From: a virus
DNA length: 64,000 bases
Virus record (IMG/VR): IMGVR_UViG_3300024520_000049
Location: 78,596 to 142,595 of that record
Strand: one strand, 5' to 3'
In this document: positions 19,135 through 28,715 of the stretch, piece by piece
How the letters are laid out: each line of letters starts with the position of its first letter
Position numbering within the stretch: position 1 is the stretch's first letter
Notes under the pieces: generated by a model
Databases searched by the model: none
The model's input: only the letters and a program-made list of their open reading frames with translations
What the model was told of the DNA's origin: nothing
Translations under genes and position numbers: made by a program

Positions 19135-20261
19135 GAATAATTCATATTGGAGATTGCCAGCTTGGCTATCGGCAGTACGGCTTGAAGCAACGGGAGACGG
19201 ACTTCTTTGCTGCAACAACCTATGTCGTAGACAAAGCCATAGAGCTACATAAAGAGGGCCCTGAGGTGGGAGTCTTTATCTGGCCTGGCGACATGTTTGA
19301 GCATGCGAAGCCTCACGGCTACGTCGTGCAGTACCTGCAGCGACAGGTCACCCGGCTGAGAAACGCCGGCATCCCGAGCATTGGAGTCTCGGGCAACCAT
19401 GGCGCATCCGCGTCCTGGCTGGAAGTTTGCGGCATCCACACCTTCTTAAGCGTCCACGATGTGTGGGAGAAGGACGGGATATCGTTTTTCGGGATCAATA
19501 ACTGCCCAGCTGGGCAGTTCATGGAGAAGCTCGAAGACGACGTACTCCTGCTTGGGGCTGAGGTGGAGTCCATCGATGTGCTGATCATCCATCAGTCTTT
19601 GGCGGAGCTCTGCGGGTTCCCCGGAGTTCAGCTGAGTGCTGAGGAGATGGTGCCACTGCTTCAGACTGTGAACACTCGCTATGTGGCGATGGGTGACATC
19701 CACGAACTGAAGGTCGCAGATTTTGGCGGCGTGAAGTTCGCCTACCCAGGGGCGACAGAGGTCAACGACACTGCTGAGCCCAAGAACAAGCACTTCTTGG
19801 AAGTGAACATAACAAAGGAGTCCGGACCGGCAGTGGTTATCCATGATATCCCGGTGCGGAAAATCATCTCAGCTGTGATCCTTGCAGAGAAGGAGATGGA
19901 CAAAGTCATCAACTCTCTGCGCGGAAGCAACTGCCTGGCAATTGTTTATGTCCATCGGGACATAGTCAACGGCCTACAGCGTGTACAGCAGCGTCTGAAA
20001 GAAGCGGAAGTGATGAACCGTGTTACTCTTTTAGACAAGGATGAGGATGGGGACGCCCCATCTATTCTCAGTGACGCGGCCAAACGCAAGCGCTGGGAGC
20101 GTAAAGAAAGTCTGATCAACATCCGTGAAGTCGTCACAGAGACGTATGCGGAAGATTCAGACGAGCATCATTTGATACTTCAGGCATTGAGTCGGCCTGG
20201 GGCTATTGACGACGTGGTAAACGACTTCTTAGTAACGAAAGGATTGGGGCAAAATGAGTAA
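19131..20261 (+). CDS. SbcD/Mre11-like nuclease
   Basis: IIHIGDCQLG, PGDMF, SGNH, MGDIH, YPGATE. Confidence 0.88.
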   Translation: MRIIHIGDCQLGYRQYGLKQRETDFFAATTYVVDKAIELHKEGPEVGVFIWPGDMFEHAKPHGYVVQYLQRQVTRLRNAGIPSIGVSGNHGASASWLEVCGIHTFLSVHDVWEKDGISFFGINNCPAGQFMEKLEDDVLLLGAEVESIDVLIIHQSLAELCGFPGVQLSAEEMVPLLQTVNTRYVAMGDIHELKVADFGGVKFAYPGATEVNDTAEPKNKHFLEVNITKESGPAVVIHDIPVRKIISAVILAEKEMDKVINSLRGSNCLAIVYVHRDIVNGLQRVQQRLKEAEVMNRVTLLDKDEDGDAPSILSDAAKRKRWERKESLINIREVVTETYAEDSDEHHLILQALSRPGAIDDVVNDFLVTKGLGQNE

Positions 20262-20658
20262 TAAAGCAGAGAAGGTCTCTAAGACGATTACCCAGGAGCG
20301 TTGGTACACAAGCTACCTGGACGCCACAAATGACGCGAAAGACTTCATCAACACTGAAGGTGTTTTCAATGACCGTCAGCCCCGCCCCCGTGAATGGGAT
20401 CTTGTTGTTGAGGTTGTGAAGGCTCAGCTCTACAAGGCCGAGACCGGCGGCGATAAACACAGGGTGGCGTACACCATAAACATCACCGGCACCGAGGACC
20501 GTATCAAGAAGTGGGGCAAAGAGTGCCGTAAGCTCTACGGGACAAACAAGAACTCGCTGCACATGTCTAACAACACGGATCTGGCGGCTTGTCGAGCTGA
20601 GGCTTCTGAACAGAAGGCAGCTTACAAGGCCTCTCAGCAGGAGTCAGCTGACGAGTGA
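20254..20658 (+). CDS. hypothetical protein between the SbcD- and SbcC-like genes
   Basis: 134 aa, overlaps both neighbours. Confidence 0.7.
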   Translation: MSNKAEKVSKTITQERWYTSYLDATNDAKDFINTEGVFNDRQPRPREWDLVVEVVKAQLYKAETGGDKHRVAYTINITGTEDRIKKWGKECRKLYGTNKNSLHMSNNTDLAACRAEASEQKAAYKASQQESADE

Positions 20659-22820
20659 TTATTACAAAAATCACTCTTGACGGTTACCGGCAGCACCAGG
20701 AACTCGTCAAAGAGTTCACTGGGCCGGTGACTGCCTTCATCGGGGAAAACGGGACTGGTAAGTCTCATGCACTCGACGCCATACACTTCGGACTCACCGG
20801 TGATCTCCCCAATCAGAAGAAAGAGGAGATGATCAGCTGGGGCCGCGAGAAGGGGCAGGTGACTGTCGAGTTCGAGCATGAAGGTTACGAGGGGAAGGTC
20901 TCACGAGCTCTCCACAAAGCCTCCGCGTCGTTCTCGTACCGTGACACCACTTGTACCGGCGTACGCAAGGTCAACGAGGCCGTGGCACGCTGCACAGGTA
21001 TGGACAAGGAGCTCTGCCGCAATGGCATCTTTGTCCGCCAGGCGGAGATTGACGCAATCCTGTTTACGACGCCGGCAGATCGCCAGGTGGCGTGGCAGCG
21101 ACTCATCGGCCTCGCTGATGTACCTAAGATCCATGTGAAGTTCGGGCAGACTGTAAGTGCGCTGCCGGAGATTCAGGATTACACAATAACCATCGCCGAA
21201 GGCCTTGAGCGCCTGAACGAGATGGACCAGGAGATGGAAGACCTGGAGAACTGCCTGAAGATTACTAAATCTGGCAGCACCGGCGATATGGCGGCCCTGA
21301 AAGCGCGTACTGACGCACTGCGTCAGCTTCAGGGGGACATTCGGGGCACTGCACGGTTCTCCCAGGATCTTGCTACTGCCCGCGACCAAGTGGCCGCGAA
21401 GACCAAGACCCTCACTGAGCTGTCCGCGGTGGGGTTGGTGAATGTCCAGGAGACCGACGCCAAAATCGCAAACTTGGCGGAAAAGGCTGCAAACGTCAGC
21501 ACGTATTTGAGGGACGCAGCTTCGCACAAGAAGCACAAAGGTGTGCTGGATGGCTTGGCGTTGCCGGAGGAGGGCGCTGTGGAGAAAGTCTTCGCAGAGG
21601 TTGGTGAGCTCCAGATCGCTGTTGGCGAGGCACGGACCCAGCTAAGCATCCTGGGGTCTCTAGCGAAAGCTATGGAAGCCAACCCCAGATCCGCTGTGTG
21701 CATTCTTTGCGACCAGCCTCTCGATCCATCTACGGATGTCCTGTTCAGACTGACCAAAAAGCACGAGCTTTGGGACAGCAAGAACGTGGCAGCTACTGCG
21801 GAACTTAGCGGGAAGTCGCAGCAATGGACGATGCTGAATAACCAAGCCCAGGAGTACGCGGCCAAGGTGGCTGCTACGACGACGATGCTCGAGGACGCTG
21901 CAAAGGGTATGGCGACCATGCGAGATCGCATTGAGGGTGAAACTACGCCAGCACAGCTGGCGCAGGTCTCGAAGGTAGTTGGAGAGCTAAAGGTAGCCAG
22001 AGACCACGCTGTCCGAGTGGGTCAGCAGCTTGAGAACGCGCAGGCAGATCTGGCGAGCTGGCAGGAGCATCTCACCGACGTGGGAGCTCGTGCCGACGCA
22101 GCAATCGAGAAGATTCAGGCGGCAATGGCTGAACTTGGAGTAACGGAGCCAGGTTCGGTCGGCGCCGCTCTGGATGAGGCGGGCGGTGCAGAAGCCAAAG
22201 CGCAGGAAGTTCAGCTGGAGCTGGAGCGCCTGCTCGGTAAGCAGCAGCAGCTGGCTAAGGGTAGAGCCAGGCTTCAGGAAACCCTCGAGGACCTGAAGCA
22301 GCGGAAGGCGCGCGAGGCGGATTACGTCGAAGCGCTGACCACCCTGCGCAACGCCCGGGACTGGTTCCACCACAGTCACGGACCCAAGATACTCATAGCC
22401 AAGCTACTGGGTGAAATAACACGAGGAGTCAATGACTTCCTTGAGCGGTTTGGATCGACATTCGGGGTCGTCGCTGACCCTGACCTGATGTCATTCCGCT
22501 ATTACTATCACGATGGCAGGCCTATGCCTGACGAGTTCCCCCCGGCTTCAGAACTATCTGGAGGCGAGAAAATCATCCTTGCGGTGTCATTCAGGTTTGC
22601 TTCATACTGCCTGTTTGCTGGACGTGTCGGGCTGCTAAGCCTGGACGAGCCGACAGTGTATCTCGACGATCGCAATGTCGGCAAATTCTGTCAGATGATG
22701 GAGCGGGTGAAGGAAGTAGCTACGGCTATGGATCTTCAGATCTTTCTGTCAACCCATGAGAGGAGTGTGATGCCCTATGCAGACACTCTTATTGATTTCG
22801 GCGAAAACACAACAGTATAA
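20655..22820 (+). CDS. SbcC/Rad50-like SMC ATPase
   Basis: GENGTGKS, Q-loop VRQAE, coiled coil with CILC zinc hook, LSGGE, LSLDEPT, STH. Confidence 0.92.
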   Translation: MIITKITLDGYRQHQELVKEFTGPVTAFIGENGTGKSHALDAIHFGLTGDLPNQKKEEMISWGREKGQVTVEFEHEGYEGKVSRALHKASASFSYRDTTCTGVRKVNEAVARCTGMDKELCRNGIFVRQAEIDAILFTTPADRQVAWQRLIGLADVPKIHVKFGQTVSALPEIQDYTITIAEGLERLNEMDQEMEDLENCLKITKSGSTGDMAALKARTDALRQLQGDIRGTARFSQDLATARDQVAAKTKTLTELSAVGLVNVQETDAKIANLAEKAANVSTYLRDAASHKKHKGVLDGLALPEEGAVEKVFAEVGELQIAVGEARTQLSILGSLAKAMEANPRSAVCILCDQPLDPSTDVLFRLTKKHELWDSKNVAATAELSGKSQQWTMLNNQAQEYAAKVAATTTMLEDAAKGMATMRDRIEGETTPAQLAQVSKVVGELKVARDHAVRVGQQLENAQADLASWQEHLTDVGARADAAIEKIQAAMAELGVTEPGSVGAALDEAGGAEAKAQEVQLELERLLGKQQQLAKGRARLQETLEDLKQRKAREADYVEALTTLRNARDWFHHSHGPKILIAKLLGEITRGVNDFLERFGSTFGVVADPDLMSFRYYYHDGRPMPDEFPPASELSGGEKIILAVSFRFASYCLFAGRVGLLSLDEPTVYLDDRNVGKFCQMMERVKEVATAMDLQIFLSTHERSVMPYADTLIDFGENTTV

Positions 22821-22832
22821 AGGATTAAAACT

Positions 22833-23132
22833 ATGAACATCAACATGCACATTATGGATCGCACAGGCGACGCGCAACTCATCGTTTCGGACGACGCAGC
22901 TCTGATTGGCACGAAAGGTGGCGACAACAAGGAAAAGGATATCATCGATCAGGCCGCGGCGCAGCAACGGATCCTGGAGGAGTTCGGTAAAGGTAAATGG
23001 TTGCGAGTTGTGAAAAGCTCTGGGGAGTCTGAAACCATTACGGACGTAACCGACCTTACCGACGAGCGGATGAACAACATCTTCACAGATGCATTCGAAG
23101 TCGGTATGTTCAACGCCATCGTTGGCGGATGA
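22833..23132 (+). CDS. putative ubiquitin-like (beta-grasp) protein ending in Gly-Gly
   Basis: 99 aa, C-terminus ...EVGMFNAIVGG-stop; directly upstream of JAB and E1 genes. Confidence 0.75.
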   Translation: MNINMHIMDRTGDAQLIVSDDAALIGTKGGDNKEKDIIDQAAAQQRILEEFGKGKWLRVVKSSGESETITDVTDLTDERMNNIFTDAFEVGMFNAIVGG

Positions 23133-23581
23133 GGGTAACACCCTTCCCGAGGGGCCTCCTCGTTCGCAGCCGGAACTACCTGTTGGCGGATCCGACTGTT
23201 GAGCGAGGGGCACTCATTACAACTGATTGGGGCTTAACGCCCTTTACGAACATAGCCAATCCTCCGGTCTCACGCATTCGCATGGGGCCGGAGGATTTTG
23301 GCGTCTATGCGGACATGATGATGTTCGGCGCAGTGTGGGGCTGGGTGCACTCCCACCCTCACTGGCCGCCATTTCCGAGCCACACGGACATTATGAATCA
23401 CCCCGGACCTATCACCATGCTGATCTACTCCATACCTATGGACGCGTTCGGTTTATACAGCGCGGAGGAGGTCAACGCTCTGTACGAGCTTTACACCAAT
23501 GGCCCGGGGACAGAGACGACGATGATCGACGAGATTGACAAGTGGAAAGAGACAAAAGGTAAGGAATTTATACGGTTATGA
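23129..23581 (+). CDS. JAB/JAMM (MPN+) metallopeptidase
   Basis: VERGALI (Glu) and HSHPHWPPFPSHTD = exact H-x-H-x7-S-x2-D JAMM motif. Confidence 0.88.
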   Translation: MRVTPFPRGLLVRSRNYLLADPTVERGALITTDWGLTPFTNIANPPVSRIRMGPEDFGVYADMMMFGAVWGWVHSHPHWPPFPSHTDIMNHPGPITMLIYSIPMDAFGLYSAEEVNALYELYTNGPGTETTMIDEIDKWKETKGKEFIRL

Positions 23582-24189
23582 AAGACAGCACAGAACGCAC
23601 GGCGATTATCGGCGCAGGAGGTATCGGGAGTCATTTCTTGCGACTCCTGCACCAGATGATCACACATAAGCAGTTGGGCGCAGATGTCCGATTTGACGAT
23701 TTTTGCGTGTTCGACTTTGATGTCGTTGAGCCCAAAAATTGCCGGCACCAGGACTACGACCTTACGGAGGTAGGCCTACCCAAAGCCGCGGTGATGACTC
23801 TGCGCTATGATATACCCCACCAGGTGAAAGCGTTCATCGAGGATGACGTTCCTTTCTGGGGATCCTATATTATTTGCGCAGACAATGCTGCGGTTCGCCG
23901 CATCGTATTTGAGCACGCGGTGCAGACAAAGAAGAGGTTTCTCGACATGCGGTCAGAAGGCGATATGTACGCAATCTACACAGACCGCTGCCCGTTGGAG
24001 AAACTCATGAGCTCTCTGGGCCCTGATCCGTCTTCAGAGCAGGGCTTCTCATGCCAGCGCCCTTCTGACGTAGCGCAGGGCATCATCCAACTCGGCAACT
24101 TCTTCGCGGCGCCCGCGGGGATGGATGTCTGGCTGCGGATGTGCCGCAAAACGATATACCCAGCTGCACGTGTGCAGTCAATCATATGA
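23578..24189 (+). CDS. ThiF/E1-like ubiquitin-like-protein activating enzyme
   Basis: IIGAGGIGS, DFDVVEPKNCRHQ, PKA, CADNAAVR, FSCQ (candidate catalytic Cys). Confidence 0.9.
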   Translation: MKDSTERTAIIGAGGIGSHFLRLLHQMITHKQLGADVRFDDFCVFDFDVVEPKNCRHQDYDLTEVGLPKAAVMTLRYDIPHQVKAFIEDDVPFWGSYIICADNAAVRRIVFEHAVQTKKRFLDMRSEGDMYAIYTDRCPLEKLMSSLGPDPSSEQGFSCQRPSDVAQGIIQLGNFFAAPAGMDVWLRMCRKTIYPAARVQSII

Positions 24190-24199
24190 GGAGGCTACT

Positions 24200-26041
24200 A
24201 TGGCGAGAAAACACATAAAGTTCGAAGACAGATCCATCTGCTACGACAAAGACTTCCTTACTGTGACCCCGTTCAAGGGTGAGGGTAAACGAGATCTGCT
24301 GGTTATGATGGATGATGACGGGGAAGCAGTGTCGCTCTCCTCCTTCAAAGAGGTTGCAGTCAGTCGGGCCCAGTTCCGGCCTGCCGCGGTTGATCCGAAT
24401 CTGACCGTGCAGGTTGCCAACTCCCGATCGCACACAAATCGGTACATTTTGGTGGCGAGAGTCACCGAAAACGACAAAGGCACAGTACGGGCTATTTTCT
24501 CAAGTAGCGCCGACGATGTGCCCACGCTCCTTGTGTCCTCAGCGGAGGAGTGCTTTAACGCGCTGGACCCCGGCGCGTGTGTGATTATAAAGAGGGGCTC
24601 GTACGACGCTGCGCTGGAGTGGCGCCCACTCCACACACTTGGGGCATATAAGGCCACAGCCGCGAGCCGCCGCACGCGCCGCACGGCGTACCAAAAAGGC
24701 CTTGGCGAGATCCGAAAAACGTACTTCGATGGGTTCGTTAGTGGAGCTATACCGGAGATCTTCATTGGGATATTTTCAGTGAGGGGGAAGGTGTTCACGT
24801 ACTCTGACACGACTATCGAGGTGGGCCGCTGGGCCGCAATGATGGACGCGCTTAATGCGGTAGGTGCGCACACAAACGACAACAGAGCTCGCCTGGGCCT
24901 GGTCCCGTTTGAGTCTTGGATACACACGATCATACGAGCCGTTCCTGACAATGTTGCGGTAATTATCAACAAAGTCCGTGTGACTTTGTCCTCTAAACTC
25001 ACAAACGCGGCATCTCCAGCCACGCTGTGGTACGTGAACGGTAAGAAGATCTCAGCCCCAGACGTTGATGCTGTTCTTGCTCAGGCTACGTGTTTCGGGG
25101 GTGACCAAAAAGGATACGACGACTTCGTTAAGAGTGTGTCACGAGTATCCATGAAGTTTCACCGCCTTGTAGCGTCAGGCATGGCCTTTAAGTCCACAGT
25201 GGCTAAGGCGGTAGGGGAGGGCATCAAGTCCGCTGTTATGTGCGACCGTGCTCTGCCAGCAAACAACAACATGCCGTCTACGGTCAACGTGGACGTAAGT
25301 ATGATGTTCCCCGTACGCAAGAAACCCGGGAAACGCTCCGAGGTGCGCATTGCTGGCGCTTGGCGGAAGATCACAAATATTGACACGCTGGCGCGTCGTT
25401 CGGGTGAGAAGTCTTACAGCCATGGTCGGCGGTATCCGGTGTTTTCGGGCATGGACGAAATCACGAAAACGCAAAGGACGCTGCTCAATCACCTGGTTCT
25501 TCTAGATAATTGGATCGAAGATGAAGATCAAATTATCCCCCGCTCTTGGACGACATTTGGGCAGGATGCTTATCGTGGTGGCGTGGGTTTTTACAATCTG
25601 CGGCCAGGACACTTAGATGATATCAAACGGGTCGTCGGGCAGTTCGAGACCTCAGTTGCAGACTCGTTCCGGGAGCAATACCATGCATTGCGAAAGTCCA
25701 GAGAGCTCCTGGGCCGGGTAATCGAACAGGAGCGGGTGGTTGTAACTCAGAAAGACGCCGAGGTTTATTACGACGTCACCGGATCAAGTGGGCTGGTGTA
25801 CCGGGTCAAGGAAAGTTCCGGAGCGACCATAATCAAAAGCACTGGCGCCCATCTGTGCGTCGTCAACGGGCACGGTAATGACATTGCAGGGTATGACTAC
25901 ATCGTGTCCCTGATCAGTGCTTTACGCCATGACCTGATGACCGCGAACAAAATACACACAGTGAAGAACGCCCTGGCCCGAAAGGCGAAGGACGAGGAGA
26001 AAGAGCTTCTCAACAGGCAGAAGCAAAGAGCTGCCTCGTGA
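24200..26041 (+). CDS. 613-aa hypothetical protein in the Ubl/JAB/E1 operon; C-terminal Cys domain possibly E2-like
   Basis: GAGGAGG RBS before ATG 24200; C-terminal VTGSSGLVYRV...TGAHLCVV...DYIVSLISALRHD. Confidence 0.6.
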   Translation: MARKHIKFEDRSICYDKDFLTVTPFKGEGKRDLLVMMDDDGEAVSLSSFKEVAVSRAQFRPAAVDPNLTVQVANSRSHTNRYILVARVTENDKGTVRAIFSSSADDVPTLLVSSAEECFNALDPGACVIIKRGSYDAALEWRPLHTLGAYKATAASRRTRRTAYQKGLGEIRKTYFDGFVSGAIPEIFIGIFSVRGKVFTYSDTTIEVGRWAAMMDALNAVGAHTNDNRARLGLVPFESWIHTIIRAVPDNVAVIINKVRVTLSSKLTNAASPATLWYVNGKKISAPDVDAVLAQATCFGGDQKGYDDFVKSVSRVSMKFHRLVASGMAFKSTVAKAVGEGIKSAVMCDRALPANNNMPSTVNVDVSMMFPVRKKPGKRSEVRIAGAWRKITNIDTLARRSGEKSYSHGRRYPVFSGMDEITKTQRTLLNHLVLLDNWIEDEDQIIPRSWTTFGQDAYRGGVGFYNLRPGHLDDIKRVVGQFETSVADSFREQYHALRKSRELLGRVIEQERVVVTQKDAEVYYDVTGSSGLVYRVKESSGATIIKSTGAHLCVVNGHGNDIAGYDYIVSLISALRHDLMTANKIHTVKNALARKAKDEEKELLNRQKQRAAS

Positions 26042-26047
26042 CGCGGC

Positions 26048-26089
26048 GCAAGTCGGATTCCTTGCCTGTGAGCAAGTGGTCCGACTTGC
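26048..26089 (+). other. long hairpin between the Ubl operon and the RAMP gene
   Basis: GCAAGTCGGA/TCCGACTTGC outer stem, CTTGC/GCAAG inner stem; no U-tract. Confidence 0.6.
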
Positions 26090-26122
26090 ATCTTCTCCAT
26101 TGTTAGAGTAGATTTTGGTACT

Positions 26123-26575
26123 ATGAAGGAAGCGAAATTCACAATTGAATTTATCACACACTGTCTCGCTGTCAGCAGTGGGAGCAAAAAAGATTCCTGT
26201 GAGTACTTTGACAGAGATAGTAAAGACCGTATTATTTGGAAGCAGTCTTGGTGGTACACTGCGCTGAATAGTACAATTTCGATGTATAAGATCCGCGGCG
26301 TTAAGCCTAACGATTTTAACATTTCGCTCTTAGTAGAAGCAAAAGTCCAAATCTTCAAGCGTAGGTATGGACAAAACGGATTCCGCAAGCACGAGGCCAT
26401 AATGCCAGGAACACGGGTCACGTTCAATGCAGTAGTAGCAGATAATGTTACGGAGTCCACCCTCACACACATCCTGGAAAAAATGGGAGACTATGTCGGC
26501 GTCAGCCCTTACGGCCACAATCTCGGATATGGAAAATTCGTGGTCATTGACGTTGAACTTGCTCCAATGAGCTAA
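26123..26575 (+). CDS. stand-alone RAMP superfamily (Cas7/Csm3-like) protein
   Basis: N-terminal strand FTIEFITHCL, EAIMPGTRVTF, C-terminal glycine-rich loop VGVSPYGHNLGYGKFVV. Confidence 0.6.
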   Translation: MKEAKFTIEFITHCLAVSSGSKKDSCEYFDRDSKDRIIWKQSWWYTALNSTISMYKIRGVKPNDFNISLLVEAKVQIFKRRYGQNGFRKHEAIMPGTRVTFNAVVADNVTESTLTHILEKMGDYVGVSPYGHNLGYGKFVVIDVELAPMS

Positions 26576-26610
26576 TTACGAAACGCGCAAACAACAACCG
26601 GTAGACAAGT

Positions 26611-28119
26611 ATGATTAACGTCCACATTGGGGACTCCTATGTCCTCGTCACCCCCCACGTGCCAGAAGATATTAAGCGAGTGCTTACATATTGGCACCGT
26701 AGTTTGAAGTATGACGAAGAGCAGCACCAACGGATCGCAAAGGGCGAATCTCGCCGACTCTTCACCTATAACATGGGCATCGACCCCACAACCAACGTGC
26801 TCGGAGAGCAATTGGTAACCTTCCCCGGCTTAGCCAATAAAATTATGGCCAAGCTCCGCAGCACACAGACACCGTTCAAGGTGCTGGACCAAAGAACCCC
26901 GCGCCCGCCGTACGACCTGAAGAAGGCCTTCTCACGGTTACGAGATTATCAGCACCACTGCGTACATGACGCGCTGTGGGCCGGCGGCGGCATCATCTCC
27001 TGCCCAACAGGCTGGGGGAAAACTCACGTTATGGGGGCGCTGATTCGCGCCCACGATCGTGACGATATGGCTCTACGCAACACACCTATGACAGTGGTCA
27101 TCACTCCCGGGGTGGACCTTGCAAAAAAGAACTACAGGGATCTGGCAGAGGATATTCTACCAGATCGCGACGTGGGGCTTATTTGTACGGGCGCAAAGCG
27201 GTACTCCGACGACGTACAAGTCGTCACTCCTGATAGCCTTCACAAGGTTAACCTCAAAGAGTGTGGCCTACTTATTTACGACGAGGTCCATACTCTGACA
27301 GAGAAGCGCGCCGAGAGGGTGATGGAAGCTACTCACGCCATGAGGTATGGAGTAAGCGCCACACCGTCGGGACGCTTTGATGGCGCGGACCTGATGACTG
27401 AAGGTGTCTTCGGTCCGGTGGTGTACCATCGTACCTACCAAGAAGCTATCGAAGACGAGGCGGTTGTCCCGATCCGGGTCTACTGGGTAGAGGTACCCCC
27501 GCCAGACGGCTGGCTGAGCTGCAGGTCCAAAGATGCCACCTACCGGCACGGTGTTTGGCGCTATGCGCCGATGCATCAAACTGTTAGCGACATATGGAAC
27601 AAGATCCCTGATGACATGCAGACCTTAGGCATTGTCGACAAGATCGAACACATGAACCGGCTGGCCCCGTTCCTAGACGGGACGACCATGGTTCACGCTG
27701 AGACGTCAGCGGCAGCACTGACGAAGAAACGCTTCGCCAATATCTCTGCAGTGTCAAAGAAAGAGCGTGAGGCCGTGTACAAGAAAATGGAGAGCGGTGC
27801 GCTGAAACGCACTGTGAGCAGCGGGATCTATCGGACGGGTGTGAACTTTCCCAAGCTAACTGTGTTGGTGAACTTGGCCGGTATGGGTAGTGAAATCATT
27901 GCGGGGCAGTTACCTGGGCGGGCCAGTCGAAATATTGAAGGTAAAGAATGTGCCTTCCTCATCGATTTCTGGCGGCCCTGGGATATAGTTGTCAAGGAAG
28001 ATTTAACCTCCAAACCCAGCTTCATCTTCAGAGATGATATGAAGCGCGAGCAGATGTACGCTGCTCTTGGCTTTGAACAGCAGTGGGTAGGCTCAGACCT
28101 ATCAAAGGTGGTATTTTAG
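26611..28119 (+). CDS. superfamily 2 DNA helicase (UvsW/XPB-like)
   Basis: LRDYQ, CPTGWGKT, IYDEVH, SATP, TGVNFP, QLPGRASR. Confidence 0.9.
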   Translation: MINVHIGDSYVLVTPHVPEDIKRVLTYWHRSLKYDEEQHQRIAKGESRRLFTYNMGIDPTTNVLGEQLVTFPGLANKIMAKLRSTQTPFKVLDQRTPRPPYDLKKAFSRLRDYQHHCVHDALWAGGGIISCPTGWGKTHVMGALIRAHDRDDMALRNTPMTVVITPGVDLAKKNYRDLAEDILPDRDVGLICTGAKRYSDDVQVVTPDSLHKVNLKECGLLIYDEVHTLTEKRAERVMEATHAMRYGVSATPSGRFDGADLMTEGVFGPVVYHRTYQEAIEDEAVVPIRVYWVEVPPPDGWLSCRSKDATYRHGVWRYAPMHQTVSDIWNKIPDDMQTLGIVDKIEHMNRLAPFLDGTTMVHAETSAAALTKKRFANISAVSKKEREAVYKKMESGALKRTVSSGIYRTGVNFPKLTVLVNLAGMGSEIIAGQLPGRASRNIEGKECAFLIDFWRPWDIVVKEDLTSKPSFIFRDDMKREQMYAALGFEQQWVGSDLSKVVF

Positions 28120-28715
28120 TGCCCTCACACGACATCGCAGATATTGCTGTACAGATCTACCGGTGCTACAAAATACAGGCCGGGTACTACGGCAGCCAGT
28201 ACACGTGGCCTTTTAAGAGGCACGAAAGAATCTGGACAGCCTCTGCTGAGGTTGTTGCAGATAATCAGTTCGATGTGGAGAAGTTTGTGCAAGCACAGTT
28301 TCTCTGCGTAGACCCCGCGGACCGGCGCACAGCGTCACCGCCAATCCTTTTACCCAGCAGGACCTTAGCCGCTGACCGCTATCGGAGATCTTTCCCGAAG
28401 CAGCAGCAGAGTTCTGGTGGCGACCTCGCAAAATTTTTTGTAGGTATGCGTGGTACGCTAGCGCGTCTGGCACGTTACTACATCCCCAAACACCATTCTG
28501 ATGTGTCCGCACTTCTGGAGCAGCCTGAGTACAGTTTCACAGCCTGGTTCCGGATACTGTCTGCACCAAACCCGAGTCCGAGAATGTATCGGATGTACCT
28601 GGAGGATGCGATAGGGGAACTCGCAGACAATCAGGAGTTACGAACCTATTTGGAGGAAAACAGTGAGCGATATGGTTTCGACCTCAAGCGGCTGGAGCGG
28701 AACATTCTTCGATAA
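28119..28715 (+). CDS. hypothetical protein upstream of the replicative helicase
   Basis: GTG coupled to the helicase stop; start uncertain. Confidence 0.6.
   Translation: MPSHDIADIAVQIYRCYKIQAGYYGSQYTWPFKRHERIWTASAEVVADNQFDVEKFVQAQFLCVDPADRRTASPPILLPSRTLAADRYRRSFPKQQQSSGGDLAKFFVGMRGTLARLARYYIPKHHSDVSALLEQPEYSFTAWFRILSAPNPSPRMYRMYLEDAIGELADNQELRTYLEENSERYGFDLKRLERNILR

Noticed and set aside
22833-24189. ThiS/ThiF or MoaD/MoeB cofactor biosynthesis operon
   Set aside because: No thiG, moaE, cysM, rhodanese or tRNA-thiolation genes in the window; the context is DNA repair. Sulfur transfer is not formally excluded.
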